NCBI GenBank assembly: GCA_944332265.1
Contig: CALVJQ010000005.1
Coordinates: 986 to 64,985, forward strand
Direction of reading: 5' to 3'
From: an uncultured Bacilli bacterium
GTDB taxonomy: Bacteria; Bacillota_I; Bacilli_A; RF39; UBA660
DNA length: 64,000 bases
Part shown: positions 1 through 9,762 of the stretch, piece by piece
Layout of the letters: every line of letters begins with the position of its first letter
How positions within the stretch are numbered: position 1 is the stretch's first letter
Translations under genes and position numbers: made by a program
Notes under the pieces: generated by a model
What the model saw: the letters and a program-made list of their open reading frames with translations, nothing else
Told to the model about the DNA's origin: nothing
Databases searched by the model: none

Positions 1-1
1 T

Positions 2-232
2 CTAAAAAAAGTGGATGACTATAATAAAATAGAAGATCTTATAAATATAAAGATAGAAGATGAAATTACTAAGTATTTAGATAATTCTTTTAAAAGAGAA
101 ATAGATTTATTAAATTTAAAGGACAAATATTATAAAGAGTTTAAACGAGTAAAAGAAAATATAAAATATGATGTAGAAGCTAAAATAACTCTTAATAAAA
201 ATGGTAGTATTTATGAGGTGGTTTATGATTAA
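2..232 (+). CDS. C-terminal fragment of a spore germination Ger(x)C-type protein (5' end outside window)
   Basis: Frame is open from the window edge to TAA at 230-232. It overlaps the ATG (225) of the downstream germination-permease-like gene by 8 nt. Family call is weak and rests on context. Confidence 0.35.
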   Translation, partial: LKKVDDYNKIEDLINIKIEDEITKYLDNSFKREIDLLNLKDKYYKEFKRVKENIKYDVEAKITLNKNGSIYEVVYD

Positions 233-1178
233 GAAAAGTTATTATATTATTCTTAGTTTTTTTTTAACAAGAGTGTTATTCTTAGGTGGTGGATATACAG
301 TATTACTTAATATAGGGAAAAATAGTTCTATATTATGCGGATTACTTGGTATGTTATTAGGATACTTTGTATTATATTTATTATATAAGAAAGATTATAT
401 AAATAATTATATTTGTATATTAATTAGTATAGGTGTTTTATTAATTAATATATTATCTAATACGATATTAACTAATACTTATTTACTTTATAAAACTCCT
501 TCTATTATAGTTATGGGTATATATTTAATAGCTATTTTATGGTCTTCTTTAAAAGAATTTAAAATAATATTACGTTTTTCTTTATTGGCGATATGTCTTT
601 CAATACCTATATTAATATTTGTCTACTTAGGATTATGGCCAATTGGAGAGATTAGTAATTTAAAACCATTTTTTAATACTGAGATGATTGATATATTAAA
701 GGGAATATTAGTATTTATGGTTAATTCGATTATACCTAATATATTATTATTAAATTATAAAGATAAATTAAAATTTAAAGATATTAGTATTGGTTATGTA
801 TTAGGATGTCTTACAACAATATATTTAATGTATTTAATTATAAGTATTTATGGTATTGATTTTGCAATGATTGTTAGATTTCCTGAATATTTAATATTAA
901 AGAAATTTACTATATTAAATTATATAAGTAATGTAGAAAATATTTTAATTATGGTATGGATATTTAATTTATTGATATCTGGGTGGTTAGCAATTAGAGT
1001 ATTAAGAGATAACTTAGATAAAAGAGTATTTTATATTTTTATTATTATTTTTTTAGTAGGGATAGAGTTTTTTCTAAATAGAAATTATGTAAATATTTTA
1101 TTTATAAGAAATTATATTTATATTGTTTGGATAGTCTTATTAATTTTAAGTTTAATAATTAAAAAAAAGAAGAATTAA
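225..1178 (+). CDS. Spore germination permease-like polytopic membrane protein (GerAB/GerKB family)
   Basis: About 10 hydrophobic segments with an MIKKSYYIILSFFLTRVLFLGGG N-terminus. Start moved to ATG 225, preceded by GAGGTGG; the track start at 201 lies inside the upstream ORF. Confidence 0.5.
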   Translation: MIKKSYYIILSFFLTRVLFLGGGYTVLLNIGKNSSILCGLLGMLLGYFVLYLLYKKDYINNYICILISIGVLLINILSNTILTNTYLLYKTPSIIVMGIYLIAILWSSLKEFKIILRFSLLAICLSIPILIFVYLGLWPIGEISNLKPFFNTEMIDILKGILVFMVNSIIPNILLLNYKDKLKFKDISIGYVLGCLTTIYLMYLIISIYGIDFAMIVRFPEYLILKKFTILNYISNVENILIMVWIFNLLISGWLAIRVLRDNLDKRVFYIFIIIFLVGIEFFLNRNYVNILFIRNYIYIVWIVLLILSLIIKKKKN

Positions 1179-1627
1179 TTCTTCTTTAATTTAGTTTTGT
1201 ATATCCTTTTAGGTCCATATTTAGTATTTATTTCTTTTAAGTAAGTAAAAGAGTATTTCTCATAATAATTATTTAAATGGGAATGTAAATATAAATTATC
1301 ATAACCAAGAGCTTGGGCTTTTATTTTAGCATCATTAATTAATATTTTACTATATCCTTGATTACGATATTTTTCTTTTATATAAAGATTAGCTAGATAA
1401 GGAGTATAATCTTCGTTATCTATATCATCTTTAGGACTTAAACAATAAGTTCCTATTAGGGTATCATTGATAATTAAAGCATATATATGGGGTAAGGAAG
1501 AAAAATTCGAATATGTAGATAGGATTTTTTCATACGAAGTATTTTTCTTACTACCCCACCATTTATAATATATGTTTATTACTTCTTTAAAATAGCGATT
1601 ATTATTATTTAATAGCACGATATCCAC
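1175..1627 (-). CDS. GNAT family N-acetyltransferase
   Basis: 150 aa with an acetyl-CoA motif-A-like RNQGYSKILI and a YLHSHLNN...YEKYSF C-terminus. GTG start. Confidence 0.7.
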   Translation of the reverse strand: MDIVLLNNNNRYFKEVINIYYKWWGSKKNTSYEKILSTYSNFSSLPHIYALIINDTLIGTYCLSPKDDIDNEDYTPYLANLYIKEKYRNQGYSKILINDAKIKAQALGYDNLYLHSHLNNYYEKYSFTYLKEINTKYGPKRIYKTKLKKN

Positions 1628-3026
1628 TTATATCAACAACCTCTGGATCTTTAAATGTCTGTTCTTTATTAGTTGAACCTTTTACTTTGTATACTAATTT
1701 ATTGGTATCACCTAAAGATGATGATGAAAGACTATAAATATTGATAACATAACCAAAAGTATTTTTATATCCTTTATTATTTATTTCATTTAAGATACGA
1801 TCTATGATAGATTGATAATCTGTATTATTTTCATCATATGTACTAATAACATTTATAATATATTTGAATTTTTGATTATTAATGAAACTCTTGGAGTCAT
1901 TATTTAATTCTTTAGTGAAGTTTAATTTGATACTTTGTTCATATTGATGTTCAATAGATGTTTCTTCATTATAACGAGTATAATATTCATCACAGTCAGC
2001 ACAATCACCATAGAAAGTACAATTTATTTCAGGATATAAATATAATTCTATTTTGTTAGCTTGAGATGCAGCTTGTAAATTATCTATTAATTGGCTTTTG
2101 CTATTATCTAAATATAATCTGTCAATATAGTTATCAATTATGATAAATTTATTATTTAGTTCTTGATAATCTTTACTAGTAACATCTATTTCTATTCCAC
2201 TACTTGATTTACATTTACGAGTATTTTGTTTACGATTATTTTCATCTACTTGATATTGAACTTTATTTTCACACGTGAATTTTTCACCGTAACGGACTTG
2301 AAGCGTTTTTAAAATGAAGTCTTCTTCATTTTCAGCTTCAACTGCGACTTGTTCAAGAAAAACGAATTGATGAAATTCTGTACGGTAATTATGTTCTAAA
2401 AAAATAGGAACACCTATAAGAAGAATAAAATAAATTATATAACCAGTAAATTCTAAGGCTTTTATTTCTTTAAAAGAAGTAATTATTTTAGTAATAATAT
2501 TACTAGTAAAAGCACCTAAAAAACCAATTACAACTGCTACTATTGTATAGTGAGTCCAAAGATCTAGTTCTTCTACTTTTATCATAGAAATGATAAAAGT
2601 AACAACTGCTACTATAATTCCACCAATTAATAATGATATTGGATATGTAGAATCTTTTTTATGTTTAAAAGCAGAGTAAAAGGTTAGAAAAACAATAAAG
2701 CCAGGTATTAGAAGTATTAAAAGTTCATTTATATTTAAGAAAGCATAGGTACTAGCAAAAATTAATATAGCATTTATTAAAACTATAGATGCAAAACTAT
2801 TAAATGATTTTTTAGCTTCTAAAACTTCTTGTTTTTTTAACATTTCTGCTTGCGCTTTATTTTGTTTTTCTTGTTCTTCTTTAGCTAGTTTATCATAATA
2901 AGCTTGGGGAATTTCAATAAGATCTTTATGTTCTTCAATTGGCTGATTAAGATTATTAGTTGATGTGTTATTATCATCATTTTTTTTAGGTAAATCATTT
3001 GGATTAAATAAATTATTATCTGGCAT
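1605..3026 (-). CDS. Membrane protein of unknown function
   Basis: 473-aa ORF with a polar, charged N-terminus, a block of hydrophobic helices (aa ~75-215) and a Cys-containing C-terminal domain. No family recognised. Confidence 0.5.
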   Translation of the reverse strand: MPDNNLFNPNDLPKKNDDNNTSTNNLNQPIEEHKDLIEIPQAYYDKLAKEEQEKQNKAQAEMLKKQEVLEAKKSFNSFASIVLINAILIFASTYAFLNINELLILLIPGFIVFLTFYSAFKHKKDSTYPISLLIGGIIVAVVTFIISMIKVEELDLWTHYTIVAVVIGFLGAFTSNIITKIITSFKEIKALEFTGYIIYFILLIGVPIFLEHNYRTEFHQFVFLEQVAVEAENEEDFILKTLQVRYGEKFTCENKVQYQVDENNRKQNTRKCKSSSGIEIDVTSKDYQELNNKFIIIDNYIDRLYLDNSKSQLIDNLQAASQANKIELYLYPEINCTFYGDCADCDEYYTRYNEETSIEHQYEQSIKLNFTKELNNDSKSFINNQKFKYIINVISTYDENNTDYQSIIDRILNEINNKGYKNTFGYVINIYSLSSSSLGDTNKLVYKVKGSTNKEQTFKDPEVVDISGYRAIK

Positions 3027-3085
3027 TTTATCACCCTATTCTCTTTTTATTATATCATAAAAAAAGAAAATAACAGTAAAAACTG

Positions 3086-4345
3086 TTATTTTAACCAATT
3101 TAACTTGCGTTTACTAATAATTAAGATAATACTAATAATAATAAAGATTATTAATGTAATAGTTATTAAATCAAGTGTCTCTGGATTAGTAATTGTTGCT
3201 TGATAATTAATATTAATATATACATTGTTTTCTGGCATTGTAAAGCTATTATTAATAATTGCTATATCATTACCTTGTTCATCAGTAATATTTATTGATT
3301 CTACTTCATATCCCGAATTAGTTTTAATATCAAGAAGGATTTGATTATTAGCAGTTGCTTTAGAAGGAATATTTATTGTACTAAATTCACTTTTATGATA
3401 GTTAATATTTAGTTGGTAATTATAGAATACAATATCAGATAATATAGGATTTAAAAGAATTATTTTATTATTTACTTTATATATCTTATTATAGGCAGCA
3501 GTAAGTTTTTCTTTGGTAATAATGTTTCCTTCATAATCAAGAGTTAATAGATAAGATGAATCATCTTTAGTAGCTAGAACTAAGTATTTATCATTTACTA
3601 GTTTAATATTTAAAAATTTATTATATTCCTCATAAGTTAGATTTTTATTTTCTTTATTTATAATAGTTAGAAAAGCTTTTTGGAAACCATTTTCTTCTAT
3701 TTTAGTACCAATTAAAATAGTATCTTTATTTGTATAAGTAGAATCATAATAATGTATTAGGTCGTTATTTATTTTTTGTTCATTATTATGAAGTAAATAG
3801 TATGTACTATTTAGAATTTCTTTTAATATAGTTGAATCATATGAACTAAAGTTATTAGATATAATATTTAAAGAAGAATCTACTTCATAGATTAAATTAT
3901 CATATAATAAGTCATTATTAGTTAGAAGAATATATATTTTATGATTATAATAATATAAATTTATAGTAGCATTTTTACTTATTATAATAGATGAATCGTT
4001 TTGATTTATAATACGAAGAGATTCATCAAGATAATATATTTTAAGTGTATTATGATAATTGCCAACTAGAAAATAGTTATTATCTACTTTTATTATTTTA
4101 GAATTATATAATTCAGGGAATTCTTTAGATGTAAGTAATTGGTTTTGATAGTCATATTTAGAAATGGTAGTATTATTATTTTCGGTAATTAAAAGATAAT
4201 AGGTATTTGTTCCTGTTATATCGTTTATCTTATTATTTGAGGGGATAGTTAAAGTATTAGAATAATTTATTATATTGTTATCTAATGCAGAAGTGTTTAT
4301 TATAAAAAGAAATAAGATAAGAAAGAAAAAGATTATTTTTTTCAT
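3086..4345 (-). CDS. Secreted, C-terminally anchored repeat protein (beta-propeller-like plus Ig-like module)
   Basis: Signal peptide MKKIIFFFLILFLFIINTSA, reiterated N/Y/I-rich strand modules, and a C-terminal hydrophobic anchor followed by KRK. Confidence 0.5.
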   Translation of the reverse strand: MKKIIFFFLILFLFIINTSALDNNIINYSNTLTIPSNNKINDITGTNTYYLLITENNNTTISKYDYQNQLLTSKEFPELYNSKIIKVDNNYFLVGNYHNTLKIYYLDESLRIINQNDSSIIISKNATINLYYYNHKIYILLTNNDLLYDNLIYEVDSSLNIISNNFSSYDSTILKEILNSTYYLLHNNEQKINNDLIHYYDSTYTNKDTILIGTKIEENGFQKAFLTIINKENKNLTYEEYNKFLNIKLVNDKYLVLATKDDSSYLLTLDYEGNIITKEKLTAAYNKIYKVNNKIILLNPILSDIVFYNYQLNINYHKSEFSTINIPSKATANNQILLDIKTNSGYEVESINITDEQGNDIAIINNSFTMPENNVYININYQATITNPETLDLITITLIIFIIISIILIISKRKLNWLK

Positions 4346-4404
4346 ATTATCATCTACCTTATATATATTATAAATGATAGGTAAAAAAATAGAAAGATAA
4401 ATAT

Positions 4405-7400
4405 TTATCTTTCTATATCAATATAGCAATCATGACCATTTAAATCATATTTTTCTTTTAGATTATCTCTTTGTTCAATAGATACAGATAAAGTTTCATT
4501 TTTAATATATTCAGAGAATTTATTTAGACATTTATCTATATCTTGATCTCCTTTATAATATAATTTTATACGATCTGTAACATTAAAATCTTTGTTTTTA
4601 CGTAGTTGTTGAACTTTAGAAACCATTTCACGAGCTATTCCTTCTAGGATTAGATCCTCAGTTAAAGTTGTATCAAGAATAATAAAGTTATTATTTTCCA
4701 TACCAACATTAAATCCTTCTTTAGAAGAGATACGAATATCAACCATTTCTGGAGTTATTTCAGTTTCTTTATCACCAATTATCATAGTAATCGAGTTTCC
4801 TTTTTCTAAGGTGTTTATTTCTGTTGATGATAGATTTTCTAATTTATTTTGGAATTCTTTAATTAGTGGACCAAATAGTTTACCTACTACTTTGAAATTT
4901 GGTTTAACTGATAAGTTCATATATTCATTTAAATCATCAACAAAGACTACTTTTTTAATATTTAATTCTTCTTCAATAAGTGATACTAAGTCAGAAATTA
5001 GCTCTTTATTTTTACCATCTAGTAGAGCTTCATTTAATGGTTGACGAACTTTTATTTTAGCTTCTTCACGAACGTAACGACCAATTGAAATTAGACTTCT
5101 AACAAGATCCATACGTGTTTCAATATGTTCGTCAATGTATGCTTTTTTATATTTAGGGAAGCTAGCTAGATGAACACTTTTTTCACCAGTTAACTTAGTA
5201 TATATCTCATCAGTTATAAAAGGAACTACTGGAGCTATCATACGACATAATCCTTCTAATACTTCGTAAGTTGTTATATATACAGATTTCTTAGAAGTAT
5301 CTAATTCGGAAGCCCAGAAACGTTTACGATTTCGTCTTATGTACCAGTTTGATAAATCTTCTGAAACAAACTCTGTAACTGCTTTAACAACTTTATTTAA
5401 ATCATATTCGTCATAACTTTCAGTAACATATTTTAGTAGTTTATTATATTTAGATAATAACCATTTATCTATTTCTTCTCTCTTAGCGTATGGAACATTA
5501 CATTTTTCGATATCAATATTATCAGTATTTGCATATAAAGCAAAGAAACTATAAGTATTTTTTAATGGGTTAAAGAATTTAGAGTATACTTCTTTTAAAC
5601 CGTTGATATCAAAACGTAATGGAGTCCATACTGGTGAAACATATGGTAAATAGAAACGGACTACATCAGCGCCATATTCTTTCATTGTTGTAAATGGTTC
5701 GACAATATTACCTTTAGATTTAGACATTTTTTTACCTTCAGCATCTTGAATTAAATCATTTACTAAAACATTTTTAAAAGGAGCAACACCTTTTAAGAAA
5801 ACAGAAATAATAATCAAGGTATAGAACCATCCTCTAGTTTGATCAATTCCTTCGCAAATAAAGTCAGCTGGGAATTGATCTTCGAATTTACCATCTTGGG
5901 CAAATGGCCAATGATATTGAGCAAATGGCATTGAACCTGAATCGAACCAGCAATCGATAACATCTTTAGTACGAGTCATTGGTTTACCACATTTAGGACA
6001 TTTTAGATGAACATTATCAACATATGGGCGATGTAAATCAATTGTTTCATCGATATCTTCAATAGCTTTTTCAACTAATTCTTTACGAGAACCAATCATT
6101 TCATCATGACCGCATTCACAAGTCCAATATGGTAGTGGTGTTCCCCAGTAACGACTACGAGAGATAGCCCAATCGTTCATATTTTCTAACCAATTACCAA
6201 AACGTTTTTCTCCAACATAAGAAGGATACCAATGAACTTTTTTATTAGCTTTAATTATTTTATCTTTAATAGCAGTTACTTTTAGGTAATAAGATGGTTT
6301 AGAATAGTAAATTAGTGGAGAATCACAACGCCAACAATGTGGATAGTTATGAACCATCTTTTGCTTTTTAAATAACTTACCTTCTTCTTTTAAGTAAGCA
6401 ATAACTTCTTTATCAGCATCAAAAACTAGCTTTCCTTTCCAAGGACCATCAGTATATTTTCCATCTTCACCAACTGGATTTAGATAAGGTAAATTATATT
6501 TTTGACCTACTTTTGCATCGTCTTCACCAAAAGCTGGAGCAATATGAACTATACCAGTTCCATCTTCAGCTGTTACATATTCATCACAAGTAACATAGAA
6601 TGCTTTTTTATCAACTTTAAGAGCAGGAATTAGTTGTTCATATTCCATATATTCTAAATCTTTTCCTTTATACTTAGCTAGAACTTCTACATCATCACCT
6701 AGGACTTTAGAAACTAAAGATTCAGCTAGAATGAAAGTATAGTCACCTGATTTTACTTTAACATATGTTAATTTAGGATGAACACATAACGCAACGTTAG
6801 ATACTAATGTCCATGGAGTTGTAGTCCATACTAGGAAGTATACATCTTCATTTACTTTTTTCATTGGAACAATTACTGTTTCAACAGTATCTTCTTTATA
6901 TCCTTGAGCTACTTCATGAGAAGCTAGTCCAGTTCCACAACGTGGACAATAAGGTAGAATTTTATGGCCTTCATAAAATAAACCTTTATTAAAGAATTCT
7001 TTTAAAATATACCATTCAGTTTCTATGTAATCATTATCATAAGTTATATATGGATTATCAATATCGATAAATTGGCCCATTTTACTTGTTAGGTCAGTGA
7101 AAGCTTCTTTGTTTTTAAAAACTGATTCTTTACATTTTTCATTAAATTCTTTGATACCATATTTTTCGATATCCTGTTTACCATTAAATCCTAATTCTTT
7201 TTCAACTTGAAGTTCTACTGGTAAACCATGAGTATCCCATCCTACTTTTCTAACTACTCTTTTACCTTTCATAGTTTGATATTTAGTAAATGAGTCTTTT
7301 AGGAATTTTGCAAGCATGTGGTGTAAGCCTGGATAACCATTAGCAGTAGCAGGGCCATCAAAGAAAACAAATTTTGGATCATTTTGATGTACTTTTAGGG

Positions 7401-7497
7401 TTTCATCATATATAGCTTTAACACCACCCCAATGTTTTAATGTATCAGCTTCAACTTCAGAAGCTTGTCTTTTGTCTAATTCGGCAAATTTTCTCAT
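4405..7497 (-). CDS. ileS: Isoleucine--tRNA ligase
   Basis: 1030 aa with a HIGH-region PATANGYPGLHHMLAK, KMSKS motif KMSKSKGN, and Zn-finger Cys pairs CPRCG and CPKCG. Confidence 0.97.
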   Translation of the reverse strand: MRKFAELDKRQASEVEADTLKHWGGVKAIYDETLKVHQNDPKFVFFDGPATANGYPGLHHMLAKFLKDSFTKYQTMKGKRVVRKVGWDTHGLPVELQVEKELGFNGKQDIEKYGIKEFNEKCKESVFKNKEAFTDLTSKMGQFIDIDNPYITYDNDYIETEWYILKEFFNKGLFYEGHKILPYCPRCGTGLASHEVAQGYKEDTVETVIVPMKKVNEDVYFLVWTTTPWTLVSNVALCVHPKLTYVKVKSGDYTFILAESLVSKVLGDDVEVLAKYKGKDLEYMEYEQLIPALKVDKKAFYVTCDEYVTAEDGTGIVHIAPAFGEDDAKVGQKYNLPYLNPVGEDGKYTDGPWKGKLVFDADKEVIAYLKEEGKLFKKQKMVHNYPHCWRCDSPLIYYSKPSYYLKVTAIKDKIIKANKKVHWYPSYVGEKRFGNWLENMNDWAISRSRYWGTPLPYWTCECGHDEMIGSRKELVEKAIEDIDETIDLHRPYVDNVHLKCPKCGKPMTRTKDVIDCWFDSGSMPFAQYHWPFAQDGKFEDQFPADFICEGIDQTRGWFYTLIIISVFLKGVAPFKNVLVNDLIQDAEGKKMSKSKGNIVEPFTTMKEYGADVVRFYLPYVSPVWTPLRFDINGLKEVYSKFFNPLKNTYSFFALYANTDNIDIEKCNVPYAKREEIDKWLLSKYNKLLKYVTESYDEYDLNKVVKAVTEFVSEDLSNWYIRRNRKRFWASELDTSKKSVYITTYEVLEGLCRMIAPVVPFITDEIYTKLTGEKSVHLASFPKYKKAYIDEHIETRMDLVRSLISIGRYVREEAKIKVRQPLNEALLDGKNKELISDLVSLIEEELNIKKVVFVDDLNEYMNLSVKPNFKVVGKLFGPLIKEFQNKLENLSSTEINTLEKGNSITMIIGDKETEITPEMVDIRISSKEGFNVGMENNNFIILDTTLTEDLILEGIAREMVSKVQQLRKNKDFNVTDRIKLYYKGDQDIDKCLNKFSEYIKNETLSVSIEQRDNLKEKYDLNGHDCYIDIER

Positions 7498-8042
7498 TTT
7501 TTCTCCTCCATTTCAAAATTTAAGTTTGTTAGATTGTCACCATCATAACCATAATGAGTATATATACTAGCAACATCTAATGTAACAGTTTCTTCTTTTT
7601 TTATATTTAATTTTTCTAAGCAATTATAAATATCTTCTTTACTTTTTCCTTCTATTTCAAGATATTCAGGAATTAAAGGCCATTTATCTAAGTCTAGTTC
7701 TACACCATCTAAGATATAGCGTGTACGTTTATTTTCTTGAAAGCCTTTTGGCTGATAACCTAATTCTTTTAAAATTTCATGAGTTTTAGCAAAGTCATCG
7801 ACAACTATTTCTAATTCTTTTGTACCATCAATTGTTTTACTTTGTAAGTCTTTAATAGTTAAGGTTGTAGTTTTACCATCTGTACGAAGACGAATCCATT
7901 TATTTTCTTGCTTAGGATTAAAATCATAAACGTATCGTTGTTGAAGATTACTAAAAATAAATTCAGCATTTAGGGCTTCTAGTTTTTTTATTAGTTCTTC
8001 ATGATTAATTTCTAAAACACGTAGTTCATATTCGGTTTGCAT
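7494..8042 (-). CDS. CYTH-domain protein (class IV adenylate cyclase / triphosphatase fold)
   Basis: 182 aa with an N-terminal EYELRV (ExExK-like) signature. The stop overlaps the ileS ATG by 4 nt. Confidence 0.6.
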   Translation of the reverse strand: MQTEYELRVLEINHEELIKKLEALNAEFIFSNLQQRYVYDFNPKQENKWIRLRTDGKTTTLTIKDLQSKTIDGTKELEIVVDDFAKTHEILKELGYQPKGFQENKRTRYILDGVELDLDKWPLIPEYLEIEGKSKEDIYNCLEKLNIKKEETVTLDVASIYTHYGYDGDNLTNLNFEMEEKK

Positions 8043-8057
8043 TTTGACCTCCTTAAA

Positions 8058-8280
8058 ATAAAAAAGTTCATAAATCTAAGGGCGCAGAAGCGTGGTACCA
8101 CCTTAGTTTATGAACTTATCATACACTTTATCTCTTAACGCGAGGAACGTTTACTTCTACTAAATTCAAAGTAACACATTAGAAGTGATTCTCAATATTT
8201 TTTTATTTATTACCTTCACACCAGCTGGTAACTCTCTTTAAATTACTAGAATATTGACGTCTTCATCAATTGCTTTACGT
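8058..8280 (-). promoter_or_regulatory. T-box riboswitch leader upstream of CYTH-ileS
   Basis: Read on the minus strand. Promoter is TTGACA (8310-8315), 18-nt spacer, TATACT (8286-8291). The leader has an AGAGAG bulge motif, a distal loop containing GGTGTGA, and the T-box core GGTGGTACCACGC (8090-8102). Terminator arms are at 8101-8116 and 8065-8081, followed by a T-run. Confidence 0.8.
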
Positions 8281-8316
8281 GTATTAGTATACAACAATTA
8301 TTTTTTAAATGTCAAC

Positions 8317-9666
8317 TTATTTAGATTTCTTTGGCTTTTTTATTTTTTCTTCCTCTTTTTTCTTTTTTAGTGATTCTTGATATTCAGCTAGGATTTTTAA
8401 AATTTTTAAATCGTAATAATCTTTATCAAAATCATGATTGTTTGGATTACCTATACGACCACGACCATAGTATACAATACGACTCATATGTTTAGGACTA
8501 GCAGTTCTTAATTCTTCAGGGATTTCTTGATAAATAGTTTCATCATTTGTTTTTTCATAATCTACTAATAAGCGATAGTTAAGATAATTACCTTCGATAA
8601 TTTCATTAGCTAAAGTTACATTAGGTAAGTTTATTTGATAATCCGAAGAGATAAAACCATTTTCAGCACTTGAATAATTTAAAACTGTAGAAGATATTAA
8701 ATCATCTTCACTAATTTTAGCAAGGACACTTGATAAATTATAGTTATGGGCACTAAGAAGAGCAAGAAACTTTTTATAATAAAAGTTAGCAGGAATAAAT
8801 CGACATACAGCATAGCGAGATATTTTAGTTTCTGGTAATTCACCACTTATATATTTATCGATTGCGGAAATAGTATATTTTTTTATTGATTGATGATATT
8901 CAGTTGTTTGGTTTTCTTTATTAAGAGATGATAACATTAATAGGTAATCTAATATATCACTAGCATCGTAAAAAATATTTTCTTTAGGAGTTCCAATACG
9001 GCCGCGTCCATAATATACTAGGCGACTTACTTCTTTGGGATTAGCTTCTTTTAATTCTGATGGTAAAAGAGATAATAATTCTTCACGACGTTTTATATCT
9101 TGGCAATTACTAAGTTCTAGTAATATTTGATAGTTTTTCTCATTGCCACCTAATATTTCTTTAGCAAGTAAAACATTGGCTCTTTTTATTTTTACTTCAC
9201 CAGTATATCTATTTTGATTAATAAAACTTTCTTTATTATGATATAGCATTTCGCCAGAAGATGTATAAGTATCAGAATTAACTAGAGAAACAATATAGCG
9301 ATTAATATCTAAACGATTATATGGATATGTATCAGCAACATAATATTTAAATAAATCTAAATCACCTTGACGTAATTTTTCTATTTTAAGAAGCATTTTT
9401 TGAAATAAAAGTAATTTACGACGAGATTTTGTTTTAGGAATAGTTCTTCTAATTTCTTTTTCTTTATTATTTAAATAAGTTAAAATTTCTTGACTATTAA
9501 AAGAAAAGTTGTTTAATTCTTGTTCAACTTGATAACTTTCAAGAATTTTTAAAAATTCGTTATATCTTTTTAGATAGTTTTCTTCTTCACTAGTTAATTT
9601 TTTGTTACTTCTTTTTTTATCTAAAATAAAATGTAATTTGTATTTTATATCATCTGTTAATTGCAT
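8317..9666 (-). CDS. Hypothetical protein with an internal two-fold duplication
   Basis: 449 aa. Two homologous modules end in SRLVYYGRGRIGTPKEN and SRIVYYGRGRIGNPNNH. Lys/Glu-rich C-terminal tail. No family recognised. Confidence 0.6.
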   Translation of the reverse strand: MQLTDDIKYKLHFILDKKRSNKKLTSEEENYLKRYNEFLKILESYQVEQELNNFSFNSQEILTYLNNKEKEIRRTIPKTKSRRKLLLFQKMLLKIEKLRQGDLDLFKYYVADTYPYNRLDINRYIVSLVNSDTYTSSGEMLYHNKESFINQNRYTGEVKIKRANVLLAKEILGGNEKNYQILLELSNCQDIKRREELLSLLPSELKEANPKEVSRLVYYGRGRIGTPKENIFYDASDILDYLLMLSSLNKENQTTEYHQSIKKYTISAIDKYISGELPETKISRYAVCRFIPANFYYKKFLALLSAHNYNLSSVLAKISEDDLISSTVLNYSSAENGFISSDYQINLPNVTLANEIIEGNYLNYRLLVDYEKTNDETIYQEIPEELRTASPKHMSRIVYYGRGRIGNPNNHDFDKDYYDLKILKILAEYQESLKKKKEEEKIKKPKKSK

Positions 9667-9762
9667 ATTATCACTCTATTCTATAAAACTTATTATATCA
9701 TAAATATCTAGATTGTTGATTTATATTTTGATATAATCTATTTATAATGGAGATGATAAATA

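Noticed and set aside
4811-5044. Short ORFs nested antisense or out of frame in well-supported genes: 4811-5044, 11210-11395, 12190-12474, 22549-22764, 30825-31067, 34407-34700, 35161-35364, 35915-36199, 39361-39720, 42994-43185, 44724-44927, 50559-50759, 61400-61615.
   Set aside because: Each lies wholly inside a longer ORF with clear family motifs, such as ileS, sufS, rpoC and rpoB. None has an RBS or a recognisable domain.
8170-8230. Assigning the ileS T-box specifier codon.
   Set aside because: The position equivalent to the clear UCU-A of the Ser leader reads TAA. An ATA-A three nucleotides further on is only a guess. The call is left open pending covariance-model alignment.
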